DNA of 64,000 nucleotides from Chloroflexota bacterium (GCA_030604825.1 JAUVVB010000002.1:27905-91904), one strand, 5' to 3'; positions 30,015 to 40,190 are shown, counted from the stretch's first letter. Notes: generated by a model from the sequence alone, not told the origin. Numbers and translations: made by a program.

Positions 30015-31025
30015 TCACGGCTTTGGCGCAGACCTGCCCCATCTGCTGATGAATCTCTCCTTGACCTCCGGGTTGACGAACCCGTGTGGCCATTCCCCTT
30101 GCAGCACGCGCGCCACCTCCTCTACCGGGCGCCGCCGCAGCTCTATGCTCGATGTCTCGGAGTAGTAGCCCGAATGACCGGTGTAGATGACGTTTTCCAG
30201 TTGGAGCAGGGGGTTATCCAGGTCGAACTCCGGTTCCAGCACGTCCAGGGCTGCCCCAGCAAGGTAGCCCTCGCTGAGGGCAGTGTAGAGGGCATCCTGA
30301 TCGATGAGACCGCCCCGCGCCGTGTTGATCAGAAAGGCCGTCTTTTTCATCCTCTTGAATTGCTCAAGTCCAAACATGTGGCGATTATCGGCGGTAAGGC
30401 TGGCGTGAATGGTGATGAAGTCAGACTCCCGGAGCAGGCGGTCCAGTTCCACCCTTTCCACCCCGAACTCTGCCATAACGCCCTCGGGCACATAGGGGTC
30501 GTAGGCGATGAGCTGGAAACCAAATCCCCTCGCCTTGGGGACCAGGGTGCGGGGGATCCTGCCGAAGCCAACTATGCCCAGGGTTTGTCCCCTCAGCTTG
30601 TATACTGGGGCACGTATGCTTACCATTTGAAGCCGGTCTAGCTTGCTCTTGAGGGCGTTATTGACGCGGACGATCTTTCTGGCGCAGGTGAGGATTAGGG
30701 CCATGGTGTGGTCTGTCATCTCGTCCAGGCAGTAGTCGGGCACATTGGCGACACAGATGCCGTGCTCGGTGGCAGCGGCGACATCTATATTATCGTAGCC
30801 AATCCCCATGTTGCTGATGATCTTGCACCTGGTCAGCCTCTCGATCACCTTGCGGGTAAAGGGCTCAAACAGGGCTATCACCCCATCGGCATCGTGGGTT
30901 TTCTCGATCAGTTCCTCCTCGGTGGGGCAGTGGGCCACCACATACTCCGCCCCCAGCTTGCCCAGAACCTCCTCCTCGTAGGGGATTCCGCCCAGTCGGC
31001 CGGTGTTGACCACCTTGAGCGCCAC
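30015..31025 (-). CDS. D-2-hydroxyacid dehydrogenase family protein
   Basis: GIGYDNID, GIVGFGRI, INTARG, AALDV. Confidence 0.93.
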   Translation of the reverse strand: MALKVVNTGRLGGIPYEEEVLGKLGAEYVVAHCPTEEELIEKTHDADGVIALFEPFTRKVIERLTRCKIISNMGIGYDNIDVAAATEHGICVANVPDYCLDEMTDHTMALILTCARKIVRVNNALKSKLDRLQMVSIRAPVYKLRGQTLGIVGFGRIPRTLVPKARGFGFQLIAYDPYVPEGVMAEFGVERVELDRLLRESDFITIHASLTADNRHMFGLEQFKRMKKTAFLINTARGGLIDQDALYTALSEGYLAGAALDVLEPEFDLDNPLLQLENVIYTGHSGYYSETSSIELRRRPVEEVARVLQGEWPHGFVNPEVKERFISRWGRSAPKP

Positions 31026-31037
31026 CTTTGCTCCTTT

Positions 31038-31268
31038 CTACCGTTCTACGTACTTATACACCTCGATGGCGTACTCCGGACACATCCACCCGCAGACCCC
31101 GCAGGCATTGCACCTTTCCTGTTCCACAAAGATAGGTATGGGGTATCCTTTGAAGCTTACCTTGTCCTGTGGGATCACAATGCATCCCCTGGCGCAGAAG
31201 ACGGCGCACAGGCCACAGCCGCGGCAAAGTCCCTCCTGGATAACTATCTCTCCCCTGTCCATCTCCAC
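31038..31268 (-). CDS. 2x[4Fe-4S] ferredoxin (OFOR delta subunit)
   Basis: Two CxxCxxCxxxC motifs. Confidence 0.92.
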   Translation of the reverse strand: MEMDRGEIVIQEGLCRGCGLCAVFCARGCIVIPQDKVSFKGYPIPIFVEQERCNACGVCGWMCPEYAIEVYKYVER

Positions 31269-31279
31269 CCTTTTCAGCG

Positions 31280-31864
31280 CTAGCCCTTGTAGTTCGCCAT
31301 CAATTCCGCCCCTATTCTCAGGGCCTTCTTGTTCAGCGGCAGCAGACCTTTCCTTCTGCTGCCTGCCATGGTTTCCCCCAGCGTCTTCTCAACTACCGGT
31401 AGAGGCACCGCCTTGCTGGCTTCCAAGTAGGCGCCCAGGAGGATGAAGTTAGCCACCTGGTGGCTGCCCAGCTCCTGGGCAACCCCGCTGGCAGGTATGT
31501 AGAAAGTCTTGACGTCATCCCTTTGCACCTTGTTCTGCACTATGGAGCTATCGATGATGATGGTGCCCCCGGGCTCCACCCTGCCCTCGAATTCCTTAAA
31601 TATCGGTGCCAGGAAGGTAGCCTCGGTCATGATGATGGCGGCCTGGGGCCGATGTATTGCCGGGGATGGTATCTCCTCATCGGAGAGGATAACGGTGCAT
31701 TCGCTCTCGCCGCCCCTCATCGCCGCCCCGTACACCGGGAAATAGAGCACATTGGGGTATATCTTCATCCCCGCCTCTGCCAGCAGCCTGCCGATGGTGA
31801 GCACCCCTTGACCGCCAATCCCGGCTATCATCAGCTCAAAATACCTTGTCTCTTCCTTTCCCAT
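31280..31864 (-). CDS. 2-oxoacid:ferredoxin oxidoreductase gamma subunit
   Basis: AGIGGQG, YGAAMRGG. Confidence 0.93.
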   Translation of the reverse strand: MGKEETRYFELMIAGIGGQGVLTIGRLLAEAGMKIYPNVLYFPVYGAAMRGGESECTVILSDEEIPSPAIHRPQAAIIMTEATFLAPIFKEFEGRVEPGGTIIIDSSIVQNKVQRDDVKTFYIPASGVAQELGSHQVANFILLGAYLEASKAVPLPVVEKTLGETMAGSRRKGLLPLNKKALRIGAELMANYKG

Positions 31865-31875
31865 GTCACCCCTTG

Positions 31876-32643
31876 CTAATCGATGCTATCCACGTTCTTG
31901 AATTCGCCCAGGGGGAATTCCGCCAGCATCTTCTCCTCGATGAACTGGAGCGACTCCACAGGGCTCAATCCCCATACCGAGGGGCAGGCGGAAAGAAACT
32001 CCACGAAGCCGTACCCGATGCCATCGATCTGCTTCTTAAAGGCCATCTTGGTGGCACGCTTTGCCCGCTGGTAATTGGCGGGGGTATGTACCGTGCAGCG
32101 GGCGGAGTAGGCCACCGATTTCATGGTAGCTACCAGCTCAGCGGCGTGCAGGGGGTATCCGGTAGTCTTTGGGTCCCGCCCATAGGGGGTGGTGGTGGTT
32201 CTCATCCCAGGCAGGGTGGTGGGCGCCATCTGTCCGCCGGTCATCCCATAGCCAGCGTTGTTCAGAAAGATGGTGGTCAGCTTCTCACCTCTGAGCAGGG
32301 CATTCATGAAGCAGCCGAGGCCGATGGCTCCTAGGTCGCCATCCCCTTGCACGGTGAAAACCACCGACTCGGGGTGGATGCGCTTGATGGCAGTGGCCAT
32401 GGCCGGGGCACGCCCATGGGGGCAAGAACCGAAGTCGATATCGAAAGTCATGGGCCAAGCGTAGCTACAGCCAACCCCGGCCAGACCGATGATATTATCT
32501 TCGATGCCCATTTCATCGATCACCTCGCAGAGCAAGCGGATGATGATGCCGTAATGGCACCCAGGGCAAGTGATGCCGGGCATGAGATTTCTTAGCCTTG
32601 GTCTGCCACATACCTTCTCTTTGGCGATGGCTTTCTCTTTCAT
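31876..32643 (-). CDS. 2-oxoacid:ferredoxin oxidoreductase beta subunit
   Basis: CPGC, GVGC, HGRA, QGDGD, NNAGYGMTGGQ; start overlaps the alpha stop. Confidence 0.93.
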   Translation of the reverse strand: MKEKAIAKEKVCGRPRLRNLMPGITCPGCHYGIIIRLLCEVIDEMGIEDNIIGLAGVGCSYAWPMTFDIDFGSCPHGRAPAMATAIKRIHPESVVFTVQGDGDLGAIGLGCFMNALLRGEKLTTIFLNNAGYGMTGGQMAPTTLPGMRTTTTPYGRDPKTTGYPLHAAELVATMKSVAYSARCTVHTPANYQRAKRATKMAFKKQIDGIGYGFVEFLSACPSVWGLSPVESLQFIEEKMLAEFPLGEFKNVDSID

Positions 32644-33728
32644 GTAAGCTTTTCTATCTCCTCCAGAATCCTCTCGGGGTATATGATACCCCCTCCCCGC
32701 TCGTTGTGACGACCCCACAACCCCAGCAGATGAACCGGCACTCGGCCCTGCACCGCAAACCTCACGTCTTCTACAAACTCGCCGGGGCTGTCTTCCACCA
32801 CCAGCACCTTTCCCGCTGCCAGGGCCGCTTGCCTTAGGGGCTCTTCGGGGAAGGGCCACAGGGTTATCGGCCGGAACAGCCCAGCATTGATCCCTTCGGC
32901 GCGAGCCATGTTCACCGCGCTTCTCGCCATCCTGGCTGAGCTGCCGTAGGCTGCCACCAGCAGGGTAGCGTCATCAGCGAGGTAGGTGTCGTATCTCACC
33001 TCGCTCTCCGCTATCCTTTGGTATTTATCGAGCAGGTGCATGTAGAAAGTGATGATTCCCTTGGACAGGTCACCAGGGAAGCGGGGGGCACCAGCAGGGT
33101 GGTCACATCGGCCTCCCTTTCCCCCCTTTCCCTTTAGAGCCCATTCCTTCTCTGGCAGGGGGCCAAATTCCAGGGTCCTCAACTCCACAGGCTCTGCCAT
33201 CCTGCCGATGATGAAGTCCGTGAGGACAATGGCTGCAATCCTGTATTTATCGGCCAGGTAGAAGGCACGTTGAACCAGGTCGAAGGTCTCCTGGGGGGAG
33301 GAGGGGGCAAGAACGATGCAACGATAGGCTCCATGGCCTCCGCCTTTGGTAACCTGACGATAGTCGGTCTGCCCCTGCTGGCCCCCAGTGCCAATCCCTG
33401 GCCCCATCCGCATCACGTTGACGATGACGCAGGGGGCCTGGGCGGCGGAGATGTAGGAAATCCCCTCCTGCATCAGGCTGAAGCCGGGGCTGGAGGTGGA
33501 GGTCATCACCTTGGCCCCCGCCAGGGCGCCGCCATAGAGCATGTATATGGATGCGCCCTCACACTCCGATTGGACGAAGGCTCCACCAATCTGGGGTAAC
33601 TCTCGGGACATATACTCGGCGATCTCGCTCTGGGGGGTGATGGGGTAACCAAAGAAATGCTTGCAACCAGTTTGAATTGCGCCCCGCGCTACTGCCTCGT
33701 TGCCATCGATGAATACCTTCTCAGCCAT
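32640..33728 (-). CDS. 2-oxoacid:ferredoxin oxidoreductase alpha subunit (VorB-like)
   Basis: GNEAVA, GYPITPQSE, TSTSSPGFSLMQE, RPITLWPFP. Confidence 0.93.
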   Translation of the reverse strand: MAEKVFIDGNEAVARGAIQTGCKHFFGYPITPQSEIAEYMSRELPQIGGAFVQSECEGASIYMLYGGALAGAKVMTSTSSPGFSLMQEGISYISAAQAPCVIVNVMRMGPGIGTGGQQGQTDYRQVTKGGGHGAYRCIVLAPSSPQETFDLVQRAFYLADKYRIAAIVLTDFIIGRMAEPVELRTLEFGPLPEKEWALKGKGGKGGRCDHPAGAPRFPGDLSKGIITFYMHLLDKYQRIAESEVRYDTYLADDATLLVAAYGSSARMARSAVNMARAEGINAGLFRPITLWPFPEEPLRQAALAAGKVLVVEDSPGEFVEDVRFAVQGRVPVHLLGLWGRHNERGGGIIYPERILEEIEKLT

Positions 33729-33914
33729 TCCGTTGATTTTATTGCGGCCCTAATGTTTAAGTATATCGCATCCTCAAATCCAGGTCAATTTTTGCAGAGC
33801 TAATTGCTGAAATTGACAGCGCCTTTGGTGCTCCCGGAATTTGTGGCGCCAGCAACTAACTTCAGCTTGCAAAGCCCCCAACGAGCTGCTAGAATGGAGC
33901 GAGACAGATAGGCA

Positions 33915-34023
<109 letters not shown>

Positions 34024-34037
<14 letters not shown>

Positions 34038-34221
34038 TTCCGCCCCCTTTCCTCTGCTGTGCCCATTCTGGACAATAGGGCGTAGGCTTACCGAGCAATC
34101 GCCAGGGATACCAACCTCTTGTGAACATCGGTTTGCGGATAGCACCGCATACAATACACCTCTCGTGAAGGCCGCCACTTGTGCTCTGCCTCAGTTCAGG
34201 TTTGTGTCGATACTGTCCCAT
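34024..34221 (-). CDS. 65-aa small protein with CxxC
   Basis: AAGGAGG RBS; overlaps the integrase N-fragment start. Confidence 0.55.
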
Positions 34222-34467
34222 CCTCTTCCTCCTTTCCCCTAGCCGCCTATATGAATGCTCTTCTAGTTGTGGAAGTCAACATCCCTAAACCCGAAGTCTC
34301 CCCAACTCTGGCTGACACAGCTAGTGTCCAGCTTGGTCATAGGACACACCTACGAACATCTCACGCTTCCGCCAGAATTCGCCCACTTCTGGGGCATTCC
34401 AGATGTTGCTTCCTATGAGTTTTTGAGCGTGAATCGGGGGTAGCCTTTAGGAAAGGGGGATTATAGG

Positions 34468-34593
34468 ATGGCACTCAAGATTACATGCGTAGTATGTGGG
34501 CAGCGCAGGATCATCGCTTATCAGGGGGACACTGGCCCGGTGTGCGAGGTCTGCGCTGCTGTAGAAGCTGGGCTGCGCAAGCCCGAGAAATAG
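34468..34593 (+). CDS. 41-aa zinc-ribbon peptide
   Basis: MALKITCVVCGQRRIIAYQGDTGPVCEVCAAVEAGLRKPEK; RBS AAAGGGGG. Confidence 0.6.
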   Translation: MALKITCVVCGQRRIIAYQGDTGPVCEVCAAVEAGLRKPEK

Positions 34594-34621
34594 GCAAATC
34601 TTAAGGAAAGGGGGTGTCAAG

Positions 34622-34948
34622 ATGCCAGAGGAGAAGGTCGTAGCCTTCAGGATGCCGCTCGAGGACTTCAAAAAGCTTCAGGCTGACCGGGAGTCCCGGG
34701 GGATGGGATGGAATGCCTACACGCTAAATGCCTTCCAGCAGACCTACAGCGTGGACATCGCCATCCCTGAGAAGGCCGAGAAGCCGAAGGCTGAGAAGCA
34801 GCTTTCGAAGGCCGCTCAAAAGCGACTTGATAAGGCCATGAGGAAGGCCGCCGAGGCTTCGGGACCAGAGGTTACTGGTGACCCCGGGTGTGCGCTTCCT
34901 CCTCCGCCAGACGAGCTGCCACCTGACCCACCGCCGCCAGAGAGCTAA
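34622..34948 (+). CDS. putative ribbon-helix-helix protein with Pro-rich tail
   Basis: KVVAFRMPLEDFKKL...RGMGWNAY; RBS; downstream hairpin. Confidence 0.6.
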   Translation: MPEEKVVAFRMPLEDFKKLQADRESRGMGWNAYTLNAFQQTYSVDIAIPEKAEKPKAEKQLSKAAQKRLDKAMRKAAEASGPEVTGDPGCALPPPPDELPPDPPPPES

Positions 34949-34967
34949 TGCCTCCGGGCAACTAAAT

Positions 34968-34999
34968 AAGGGGACCAACCGAACTGGCTGGTCCCCTTC
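34968..34999. terminator. hairpin between convergent genes
   Basis: AGGGGACCA...TGGTCCCCT. Confidence 0.5.
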
Positions 35000-35118
35000 C
35001 TGGTTCTTGGTAGCGGGAGTTGGTAGAACGTCCTGAAAGCCCCAAATATGACAGCCTCCAGAACTGAGATTCACGTCCAGACTGGAGGCTGCCAAAATCC
35101 GCGGGTTGCGCTTGCCCC

Positions 35119-35451
35119 TTACTTCTTCCTGGGAGGCCTCAGCCTTCTTCCCGAGCGAGCTGAGTAATACTCGATGCCGTCAGGCATGACTTCCGCTACC
35201 ACTGGAGTTGAATTGGTCTTGGTAGCACTCTGCTTCAGGCGACCGAGGTCTTTAGGAGAAGGTGGTGCGGGTGTGCCACTTTCAGAGCTTTTGACCTGAA
35301 TCTTCCACTTCGTTCCACCTGGGAACTCTGCAAGTGCATCGAAAGACCCCCTGCTGCCGGGACTTAGATCGACACTGGCTCCCCCACCTCTTAGTGAGCG
35401 GGCGACCTTCTCCTCTGCTTCTCTGCCTTTCTCTGATGAACTCTTCGGCAT
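35119..35451 (-). CDS. Hjc-like PD-(D/E)XK nuclease
   Basis: KGREAEEKVA..L..G..V..SPGSRGSFDALA...IQVKS. Confidence 0.7.
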   Translation of the reverse strand: MPKSSSEKGREAEEKVARSLRGGGASVDLSPGSRGSFDALAEFPGGTKWKIQVKSSESGTPAPPSPKDLGRLKQSATKTNSTPVVAEVMPDGIEYYSARSGRRLRPPRKK

Positions 35452-35518
35452 TCAAGATGCTCCTTTCTCATACTCGCCATCCCAAGAGGTGACCGACCAC
35501 ACCGACTGACAACATGGC

Positions 35519-35630
35519 TTGACAGAGTGGCGAATGCGTGATACACTTCGCCACGCTCCTGAGCGGCTGTCCCCGAGATGGCTGCTCAGATGAAACCCTC
35601 AGATGCTGCTGAGGGTTTCATTTCATCCAG
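35519..35630 (+). ncRNA. promoter plus candidate two-hairpin small RNA
   Basis: TTGACA-17-TACACT; two adjacent stems; no convincing ORF. Confidence 0.4.
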
Positions 35631-35912
35631 ACACAAAAACACCCCACTCCTAGCGGGGCATGCTGCTCTGCATTTAAGCTGCTCTATGCAGTGCTAGGAG
35701 CTATAAACCCTCCCTTCTGGGAGACCTGGCGTTCACCGACCAAGCTTCCTTCATATTCGATTGCAAAATTATACCACAACCCGGGCACCAACACAAGCTT
35801 TTGGAGCTGCCCGACAGGATCAGCCGGCGGTTCCTTCTCCTCGTCCTCGCAGCTAGCTGCCTGCTCACCATCAGCTAAAACCCTTCGCTGTGCATCGGTA
35901 TCCCAGGGCCAC

Positions 35913-36386
35913 TTATTTGTATTCACAGGTGGAGACTGCAACCCCCCATATAACGAAGAGGCCCTCTATTTCCAGGTAGAATGTGCCAGTCTCGTAAACA
36001 TAGATCACATCGTCTCCTGCTCGGCCTAGCTCGTTGGCTAGGAGATCAACCGGCCTACTCTGACCGACTTCATGCAGCCAGATGGAAAAGCCCCCATCAA
36101 TATCCCTGGTTGCCTCATAGTTCCAACCAACCAGCCAGGGAGCTACCTCAACATGAATCGGTTCGGTCGTTTTGATTCCAGTGCCTGCCCAATCACCGAC
36201 AATATCGCAGACCAACTCTTTTGCAGGAACCGGTGTTGGTGTTGCTGCTGGTGTGGGTGTCGGTGTAGCCATGCCGACCGATGGTGTCTCTGCTCCATCA
36301 TAGCGCCGCTGATAAACTTCACCACAAGCGGGCACCATCATAAGCAGGAGGAGGATCACCATGCAAATAAGCACACTACGTCTCAT
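35913..36386 (-). CDS. lipoprotein with PT-rich linker
   Basis: Hydrophobic signal ending VPAC; TPTPTPAATPTP; beta-rich C-terminal domain. Confidence 0.7.
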   Translation of the reverse strand: MRRSVLICMVILLLLMMVPACGEVYQRRYDGAETPSVGMATPTPTPAATPTPVPAKELVCDIVGDWAGTGIKTTEPIHVEVAPWLVGWNYEATRDIDGGFSIWLHEVGQSRPVDLLANELGRAGDDVIYVYETGTFYLEIEGLFVIWGVAVSTCEYK

Positions 36387-37004
36387 TATCTGCCTCAAGT
36401 AAATTGATACCACTATCCCCAGCATAAGTCAAGAAACCCGGAACCCTTATGCAGAGCCCCGGGTCCGGAAAGGGGGTGAGCCAACCTCACCCCCCCGATC
36501 TGGCACTGGTGGTATCAATAATGCCCTCCCCAACAAGAGTCATGCCTCCACGAAGCTCGTAGCGATAGATGTTGAACCTCATAAGCATGACCCTGCAGGC
36601 TGACCGGATTGTCTCCCATATGCCGAGGCATAAGGAAGGGCACCAGCACATTAAAGCCTATTTTACGCTGATAATTCATAGCTGATTATCCGATTTACCA
36701 GATTCGATTCATACGTGAAAGGGGGATATATCCGACATCTCGCCAGGCGATTTAAAAACCGCCCCGGCCACCCCTCTTTTGGGTCGTCATATACATGTTA
36801 TGTTAACTACAGCTATTTGACGATACCATAAAACAGCCACTCACGGTTGTCAAGAGGTTATTATTCTGGAGGACTGGTTCGGGGGATGCAGAAGAGGGAG
36901 TTGGTCGACTTCAATTGCCCAAACGGTATGGGCAGCATGGCTGATTGACAAACCCGGAAGCCACAAGCATAATACAGCTAGGATAGCTTTCTGGAGCAGT
37001 TGCT

Positions 37005-37676
37005 ATGGCGCTTGTGTGTCCCCACTGTGGTGTCTTCACCTCATTCTCGCCTCTGCCGCTTAGAGGGAGAGGTATTCTGCTGAAGCGCTCAAGCGGGGAC
37101 ACACTTATATGGGAAGACGTGTCACTCCATGCGGTCACTGACCCACGCTATCTGGGCACGGCGGATGCTTATTATGCTATTGTGAGCTGTCAGGCTTGCG
37201 AAAAGTGGTTTGTGGCCAGCAGGAGTCCATATGTCGAGGAATGGTCATCCGTCCATCCAATCCCGCATAAAACTGCATCCGAGGACATACCGGAACCCAT
37301 CAAGAGCGAGTTTGAAGAGGCATCCCTCTGTTTTGCAGTCCAAGCATACAGGGCTTGCCTCTTGGTGTGCAGGGCAGCCTTAATAGATATGCAGCGTGAC
37401 CGAGGGGTCTCGAATCTGGAAGAGCTATGGGATAAAGGCACTATTTCGGAGACGCTATATCGCCAGGCACACCAAGTCAGGCTCTGGGGGAACTTGGTTG
37501 CACATGAACCCGTGCTGCCCGATGCCATTACGAAAGAGGATTGTGAGCAGGTCCTGGCTTATTTGGAGTCACTTCTGGATGCCGTCTATGTCCAGCCGAA
37601 AAAACTAGCTCGGATTACCGGTAAACTCGGACAAATCAAGAAGGGAACGAAGGCTAAACCACCACCGATCCCCTGA
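37005..37676 (+). CDS. zinc ribbon plus DUF4145 (HEPN-like) protein
   Basis: CPHC...CQAC; IPEPIKSEFEEA...CRAAL; RLWGNLVAH; TTGACA-17-CATAAT upstream. Confidence 0.8.
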   Translation: MALVCPHCGVFTSFSPLPLRGRGILLKRSSGDTLIWEDVSLHAVTDPRYLGTADAYYAIVSCQACEKWFVASRSPYVEEWSSVHPIPHKTASEDIPEPIKSEFEEASLCFAVQAYRACLLVCRAALIDMQRDRGVSNLEELWDKGTISETLYRQAHQVRLWGNLVAHEPVLPDAITKEDCEQVLAYLESLLDAVYVQPKKLARITGKLGQIKKGTKAKPPPIP

Positions 37677-37705
37677 GAATAGGAGAGACCCTAGGCCCAT
37701 CCAGC

Positions 37706-37822
37706 ATGGGAAGACAGCACCTGGGTGTTATGGATTGGCAAACGACTGTTGCCGTGGCGATATTCTCCATCGGTGCGATAGCTGCTCTAACTCGTTGGGC
37801 GTATGACCGTTGGAGACGCTGA
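37706..37822 (+). CDS. 38-aa single-TM peptide
   Basis: MGRQHLGVMDWQTTVAVAIFSIGAIAALTRWAYDRWRR. Confidence 0.4.
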   Translation: MGRQHLGVMDWQTTVAVAIFSIGAIAALTRWAYDRWRR

Positions 37823-37897
37823 GCGATGATCTGCCATTCTAGCACGGGGGCGGGAGGTGTAGGGGGAAGGGGAACTGGAAGTTCCCCCCACACACAG

Positions 37898-38010
37898 ATG
37901 GTTTTAAATTGTTCTAAATGTCCACTAAAGGATAGACCATTCGTTCCCGGCATCGGTCCCGGAGGCATCACTGACATCATGATAGTTGGTGAGGCTCCCG
38001 GGAGGACTGA
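37898..38010 (+). pseudogene. family 4 uracil-DNA glycosylase N-terminal remnant
   Basis: CSKCPL...VPGIG...IMIVGEAPG..E, after which similarity is lost. Confidence 0.65.
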
Positions 38011-38187
38011 GGGGTGGCTTTTGAGACATGAACGAAGGCCGAATCAGGTATCACAGCACCTGGATCGGGAAAGACCCGCCTGTTTCGGGCAATTTGGGCC
38101 GAGTGTCATAGCTAGGGAATTGGGGGCTGTGGATTCTGCCTATTGTGTCTGGCAACCTCTCGTCTGATGGCGATCCCTCTGCTGCCA

Positions 38188-40179
38188 TCAGAACCTGACC
38201 CCCATCTCACGTTGTTTTGTCCGTTGCATCTCGTAGAGCTTTTGAGCAATCGCTGTTGTGAGCGCTTCAATATCGCCCTCGTCTCGAATAACGGGATGGT
38301 TGATATTGATGACGACGTCGCCCATAGTCGCCGCCCCGGCACCTAGATACCTCTCGCCGCCGTGCGCCACGATGAGACGTGGCACGCCGACGGGACCGGG
38401 CACGACGCCACCATACTGGAAACTAAGCCCTGCTAGCGGATGCGCGGGCGGCCCAGCGGGAGCAGCTCCCATCATCGCCGCCTGTAGGCGTTCGTATTCC
38501 TCCCTAGCCCTTCTTACGGAGTCGGCATAAGTATCCCAAGCAGGAGCAGCAGTTTCCACATTCTCGGCAACGACGTCGACCGTGTGATCGAGACTCTTCA
38601 ACGAGCGCTCCGACGTTGTGACTGCGTCCTTCGCTAGCTCGACCGAGTCGACATACTTGAATAGCGCCTCGGTTGCTTCCTCCGAACCCGCGCCGTGCTC
38701 CTTCACGGCCTCGATGTATGCTAATAGCGCCTCTTCGGTTAGCGCCTCGACAAGCTGAGACTGAATCATCGCGAGCACGTATTTACCGAGCTTCTCCGCC
38801 GCAATATCGGCTTCCTCGCCGCTCTCAAGTATCGCTTCGGCATAGGCGTGGACGATCCCGCCAGCCTCGCCAGCCGCGATCTTCTGCGCGTCGATCTCAG
38901 CGGTCACCGCCCCGATCTCGCCCTTCAGTATGGCCTCGACGCCGTAAAGCTCCTTCATTTCCTCGCTCATGTTCTCGACGCCGACGGTAGCGGCGATCAT
39001 GGCGACCTGTAGCGTCTTCTCGTCCTCGGTCATCCCCGCGATGCTCTCGCGAAGCTCGTCGGTGATCTCGCGATTCTTGAACGATTGCGTGTAAGCCCAC
39101 TGTTGCGCCTCGGAAAGACTATTCCACCATTCAGTCGCCCCCTCTAAAATCGACATCTGACGTTCCAACGACCCGCGGTATTCCTCGCTCTCGTGCCTGA
39201 GCTCGGCCATGCTCTGTTTTGACGTGTAGATAACCCATCCCACGTAAGCGAACGCCGCCACGAGAGCGCTCGCCATGCCCGCCAGCAAACCGAGCGAGAT
39301 GTTCGCTGCGATCGCCGCGGTTCGTAGCGCGATTAACGCCTTCGTCATCATGCCGAGTCCTCGCACTATGCTAGGCAAAAAGCCTGCGACAAGTAGCAAC
39401 GAGCCGCCGAGCACGAGAAGCCCGCCAGCGCTAGCGGCTCCGATGACGCCGAACTTCAAGAGTAGCGGATTCACTTCCTTAATCCTCTGGGCCAGGTCGC
39501 TGAAGAAGCCGATGATTTTCATGACATAAGGCATTAGAACAGAGCCAATAGCTTCCTTAATATCGCCGATGTTGTTCTTCAGCAGGTCGAACTGCCCCTG
39601 GAGGGTTCTGCCATAAGCCTCTGCCTGGCCGGTGAACAGCTCCCTGAGCATGAGCCATTTCTGCTCCTCATCCTTTGCCTCCTTAAGGGCGGGGATGTAT
39701 CGCTCCAGCATTCCCCAGTTATCTGAGAGGGCATACATGATGAGGGTGTTAGCCGATGCCAGGTCCCTTCCAGTGCCAATAGCCACATCCATGGCCAGAA
39801 CCAAGAGGTCCTGCGCTTTAGTCATATCCCGGGTAATGCGGACAAGCGATGCCAGGGCGTCCCGCTGTTCGGTATCGGATACCGAGGTCTTCTGCTGCTG
39901 CATGTCAATCCAGGCTTCCAGGGATTCCCTGACCTCATCATATTCGATGCCCACATTACGCATGGCCACAATCATGCGCTGTGCGGATGCCTCTTCCTGG
40001 GCAGCAGCCTTAATTGCCATCCCCAAGCCGGCAGCAATAGCCAGCCCCATCCCGATCGCTGCTGCCCCAGCGATCTTGAATCCCCGCTGCATGCGCTCGG
40101 TGCGGCGGGATAGCTGGTCGAGCTTCTCGCTCGCCTTATCCATCGCCGTGATGACTATTTGCAGTCTAGCCTCTGCCAT
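38188..40179 (-). CDS. phage tail tape measure protein
   Basis: LQIVITAMDKAS N-terminus, helical Ala-rich body, central hydrophobic stretch, FQYGGVVPG..IVAHGGE and VIININ C-terminus. Confidence 0.85.
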   Translation of the reverse strand: MAEARLQIVITAMDKASEKLDQLSRRTERMQRGFKIAGAAAIGMGLAIAAGLGMAIKAAAQEEASAQRMIVAMRNVGIEYDEVRESLEAWIDMQQQKTSVSDTEQRDALASLVRITRDMTKAQDLLVLAMDVAIGTGRDLASANTLIMYALSDNWGMLERYIPALKEAKDEEQKWLMLRELFTGQAEAYGRTLQGQFDLLKNNIGDIKEAIGSVLMPYVMKIIGFFSDLAQRIKEVNPLLLKFGVIGAASAGGLLVLGGSLLLVAGFLPSIVRGLGMMTKALIALRTAAIAANISLGLLAGMASALVAAFAYVGWVIYTSKQSMAELRHESEEYRGSLERQMSILEGATEWWNSLSEAQQWAYTQSFKNREITDELRESIAGMTEDEKTLQVAMIAATVGVENMSEEMKELYGVEAILKGEIGAVTAEIDAQKIAAGEAGGIVHAYAEAILESGEEADIAAEKLGKYVLAMIQSQLVEALTEEALLAYIEAVKEHGAGSEEATEALFKYVDSVELAKDAVTTSERSLKSLDHTVDVVAENVETAAPAWDTYADSVRRAREEYERLQAAMMGAAPAGPPAHPLAGLSFQYGGVVPGPVGVPRLIVAHGGERYLGAGAATMGDVVININHPVIRDEGDIEALTTAIAQKLYEMQRTKQREMGVRF

Positions 40180-40190
40180 GCTTCATTCTC

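Noticed and set aside
32644-32859. N-terminal extension of the OFOR beta subunit
   Set aside because: Overlaps the alpha gene; ATG 32643 coupled to the alpha stop is more plausible.
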